DNA of 64,000 nt from Orbicella franksi (Eukaryota), in the NCBI GenBank assembly GCA_964199315.1, contig OZ116711.1, positions 868,001 through 932,000 on the forward strand, in the 5' to 3' direction. The translations under genes and the position numbers were made by a program. Positions 60,601 to 64,000 of this stretch are shown here, piece after piece. Below the pieces are notes generated by a model. It searched no databases and was not told the origin of the DNA. It saw nothing but the letters and a program-made list of their open reading frames with translations. Position 1 is the first letter of the stretch. Each line of letters starts with the position of its first letter.

Positions 60601-63600
60601 CTCGCTCTTTAGTGGTGCATTCAGTTTACAGACGTCGACTTTATCGGCGCTCCATGACCTGTGAGTGTGTTTATTAAGTATGCCACCTACAAAACAAACA
60701 AAGAAACAAACAGAGTTTTGAGTAATGACACTTGAGGTAATCGAACAGGATTGTTTAGACAAATATTACTTTCTTACTGACTAAACAAATCTTCAATTAA
60801 CTTACCACTCACGCTGCCACGAGCGTAAATCAAGAATACCTCCTTGTCTAAACGAAAGATGGAACTTGCTGTTTTATTCCGCGAGAATCTGAAATATAAA
60901 GAAGGAAATCATTTACAATGGTAAAAAAAAAATTAACAAAAGTTAGGGAAAAAAGTATAATCCTAGTTGATAAAAGAAGCTCGAACAATTTTTCAAAGTA
61001 AGTCATTTTTAGCGTCTATTTTGCCTAAGCAAATAGTTTAGCATTTTCTATTGAGGCTGCGACACTTACCTACACTTAATAACTCCATCCTCAAAAGCGC
61101 CAGAGATAACCGTGAGACCAGCGGGAGTCTAGGTACGAGTTCAAAAAATCTATTACACTACTGACTGACAAAATGCTTCACGACACTTAAGTTAAATTTC
61201 CGTTTAAACATTAGTCAGTCAATTGCTTTAAAGCTAATTAACTTACTAGCCAATTCCTTTCATTTTTTTTTTTGTTTTAGCTTTCTTACTGTTTTGATTA
61301 ATTTAGTCTTTATTCATTTTTTAGGTGACTTTTTATGTTTTTTGGTACGCAGCAACAACTGTTAGTCAGTTTAGTTTGCTCGTTGTTACGATGTTTTCAC
61401 GTCACTTGATGTTGTTGTTAAATTTGATAAGTAAATTGTTTGAGGAAGGTTCAACTCAACAAAACTCACACATAATTAGTGAACCTTTTTAGGAAGACAA
61501 TTCTTACCGGTTTGGTTTGAACTGGACTGTTGTAGCCATTCAAGGTATAGTGCTCTATAGCGACACTGCCATCATTGAGGCGGGAGCAGATGATAGTGTC
61601 TGTACCATCCTGCCAAGCAAAATGAAATGAAATATTGTATTTTCAGTTCTGTGCGAGGGGCCCCACCTCATTTGCCCGTCAAGTTATCTTTCCCGTCACG
61701 CAATCTTCCCAAGTCACCATCTGTATGTAACGTACGTCGAAAATCTTAGTTAATCACTGTACAAGTTAATCATTAACCGCTGCTTTCTCTCGAATACTGA
61801 AATGCGTCTTTACTTCTATTTGACATCACCGATGTTACTGGGAATAGCTTAAGAACAGGAATGACTGCGTGATGTCCCAAATAGCGTTTGCGTGACCGTT
61901 ATAGACTTCCTGTTATATGCTAAAAGATTGCGTTATTTACCATTTTGCCTTCATCGTTGAATCCTATGGCGACCCAGTCGCTCTTTGCGCTCAACTCAAA
62001 ATTGACGTTATCCTTTTTTTCACAAGGTTCGAATGTCACAAGATAGTCGCAGGTACCACTGGATGAACAGCCATCGGGCTCAAAGTAGCAGCTTTTCTCG
62101 TCGCCACATTTGGAAGTGAGGAACTAGATGAAATTAAAACTAACATGAGACTCTAAAATCCATGCTATTACTAAGTTAAGTCGCCTTGTGGCAATGTAAG
62201 ACCTTCTTGCGGCAACCTCGCTGTTAATGTTTACATCGATTAGAAAAAAAAAAGAAATAAATTTCTGCGTCCACGAGAGAGAAAGAAAGCTTTCCTTGTA
62301 GTGCGGGAATAAAAGTGTAAACAATGTCTCCTATCCGTAACTTATCTTACTTCCAGTTTTCCATCGGGTGTCGGTACTGGCGCCAATTTACGTCCGTTTT
62401 TCAAAATGGCTGGCCGTGTAACGTTGACGCGTTCGGCGGTGAAAGATGCATTTTCAACATGATAATTTAAGACGCCTGTGCGAGCTAAAGAAAAACAACG
62501 AAGAGAACAGAGGTTAATAACAATAAAGAAAATAAAAAGTCAAACTATTTTTACTAAATTAGAGCGGTTTTGAGTTAAGTGTCGAAAGTAATCAGGCAAT
62601 AACTTTGGTTTTTCAACGGTTTGAGATTGGCTGAGTAGTCTGATTGGTAAGTAACTGGTGTATTTTTGGTTTTACGACACTCAATTGACAGTCGATGCAA
62701 GTTAAAAATGCTATAATTTGAGGAAGGTGTAGAACACGACCGAAGTGGTATATTTCCAGAGAATATAGGCTTAGAAGCGGCCTTAGAAAGTAATGCATGT
62801 GTAAAGAATTGCGCAAAAACAAATAGAGCCATAAGGCAAAATTTAACTCGCTTAAAAAAAAAAAAATACTTTCTCATATTCTTGGGTAGCGAGGCTATTG
62901 AAAAAGCGAAGGAGTTTGAACACTTTTGCGATTATTGGTGTATAAGACATGCTTTTGTTATTTCACGGTATTCCTTTAATACAATTTCTCAGAAACAGTT
63001 CGACAAACCCTACATACAATTACGTAGTAAACATTTAGTACAATTCACAAGGCAGTACTTACTGACACCGGTCCAAGCAAAGATAAAGAACCAGTTCTTT
63101 GTAAGATCTGTCATATTTGATCCCGTGGGTGAGATTTTACGAACGAATCTGCAAATGGGTAAAATTATGCCCTTTATGATTCAACTCAGAAGCAGCAAAA
63201 TTAGAAAAAGCGCGGGAAAAAGGAATCCACGGTGATGCTAAGGACTAAGCGAAGTGAACAGGTTGCCTAACCTTATCTTCTTCTAACTCATTCTCGTCCC
63301 CAGAGCCGCCCGTCGCTTTCAGCTGGAGGAAATTGGTACGAGGAAAAGGTAGCTCTGGAGACGAGAATGTCAGTAGCTTTGGCTAGTTCGTCTTAGTATA
63401 GTTGCACGTCGTCATTGAAAGGCGGGGACTAAAGCGCTCTGCTTACACTAGCCAGTCCTTCAAACAACTAATCTCACAGCTTTATTGCGCTGTTGCGAGA
63501 AAAGTTATACGGGGTGTTGCCTAGCGTAGCATCCTATGGTCTGAACATGTCTCGCAACGTTCTCGTTACACTAATTGTTGCGAAAAGTAGACCTTGATTT

Positions 63601-63931
63601 TACTTTCTGAGCAACACTTTCTGTAACGAGAACGTTGCGAGACATCTTCTGCGGGGAGCGCGGTCCCCAAATGTCTGGGCGACAAAACACGATTTTCCTT
63701 TAATACAAAAAGCCAATAACTCCACGGACACCGTGCTCCAATCAAAGAGGAATATTAATAGCTGGGAACAAGGCAGTCCCTATCCACGTATCTGCGTGTA
63801 AACGAGGTAATAACAAATGTAACGTTTACAGCATAGGGCCTGATTCGTTCATGTACACATTATAAATACCTGCACGTCATTGTTCCATTCTCATAAGCTG
63901 CGGCATGTCGAATGATGTCCGTCGAGTTTCC
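57655..63931 (-). CDS. FRRS1-like: Gene G: multi-DOMON plus cytochrome b561 ferric-chelate reductase-like protein, 5' partial (continues past the window end)
   Basis: Minus-strand exons 63870-63931 and 63063-63148 (end of one DOMON), 62351-62475 (linker), 61941-62123, 61508-61609, 61070-61128 and 60806-60888 (DOMON: CGDEKSCYFEPDGC...FELSA...VAIGF...MDGTDTIIC...KCRF), 60570-60686 (KLLKAHG), 60323-60432, 59376-59462 (IHR), 58774-58871 (AHSVLG...QPIMALMRP), 58472-58530 (FNWAHR), 57958-58095 and 57655-57743 (stop). Four heme-ligand His residues present. Confidence 0.9.
59542..59956. mobile_element. Harbinger-type MITE with TTA TSD
   Basis: Imperfect ~27-bp TIRs (gccttgaccaaacggactctcaagtgg / ccactttcgagtccatttggccaggac). 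TTA at 59539-59541 and 59957-59959. Confidence 0.75.
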
Positions 63932-64000
63932 CTAATGGTAAAAATGAAATTTGAAACAATAATTCCTCATTCATCCAATAAAAGGAAGATTTTCATCCAT

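Overview
Eukaryotic, AT-rich, intron-rich animal DNA. The dispersed repeats and gene content suggest a stony coral or other cnidarian (inference, not verified). I built spliced gene models by hand from GT-AG boundaries and reading-frame continuity. The + strand carries six co-oriented single-pass membrane receptor genes. Four are paralogs (A 1119-8787, 5' partial; B 9099-16264; C 17797-27213; D 45633-55043) with the architecture signal peptide - ApeC (apextrin C-terminal) - CUB - Ser/Thr stalk - TM - cytoplasmic tail. In B, C and D the tail is built from frame-symmetric exons loaded with NPxY, YxxV and YxxL tyrosine motifs, whereas A appears to have a short Tyr-free tail. Between C and D lie an SRCR-FN3-FN3-Ig-TM gene (E) and a 4xCUB-TM gene (F). 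A convergent DOMON/cytochrome b561 (FRRS1-like) gene runs off the right end on the - strand. The introns hold an apparently intact two-gene PIF/Harbinger transposon (AAT TSD), a 5'-truncated Penelope-like element with inverted pLTRs containing minimal hammerhead ribozyme motifs, a Mutator-like element (9-bp TSD) carrying a captured class A GPCR fragment, a solo LTR nested in a MITE, and many MITEs and SINEs. The main candidate novel system is the tandem family of membrane-anchored ApeC pattern-recognition-like receptors with diversified ligand motifs and modular tyrosine signalling tails. No database searches could be run, so all novelty claims are untested.
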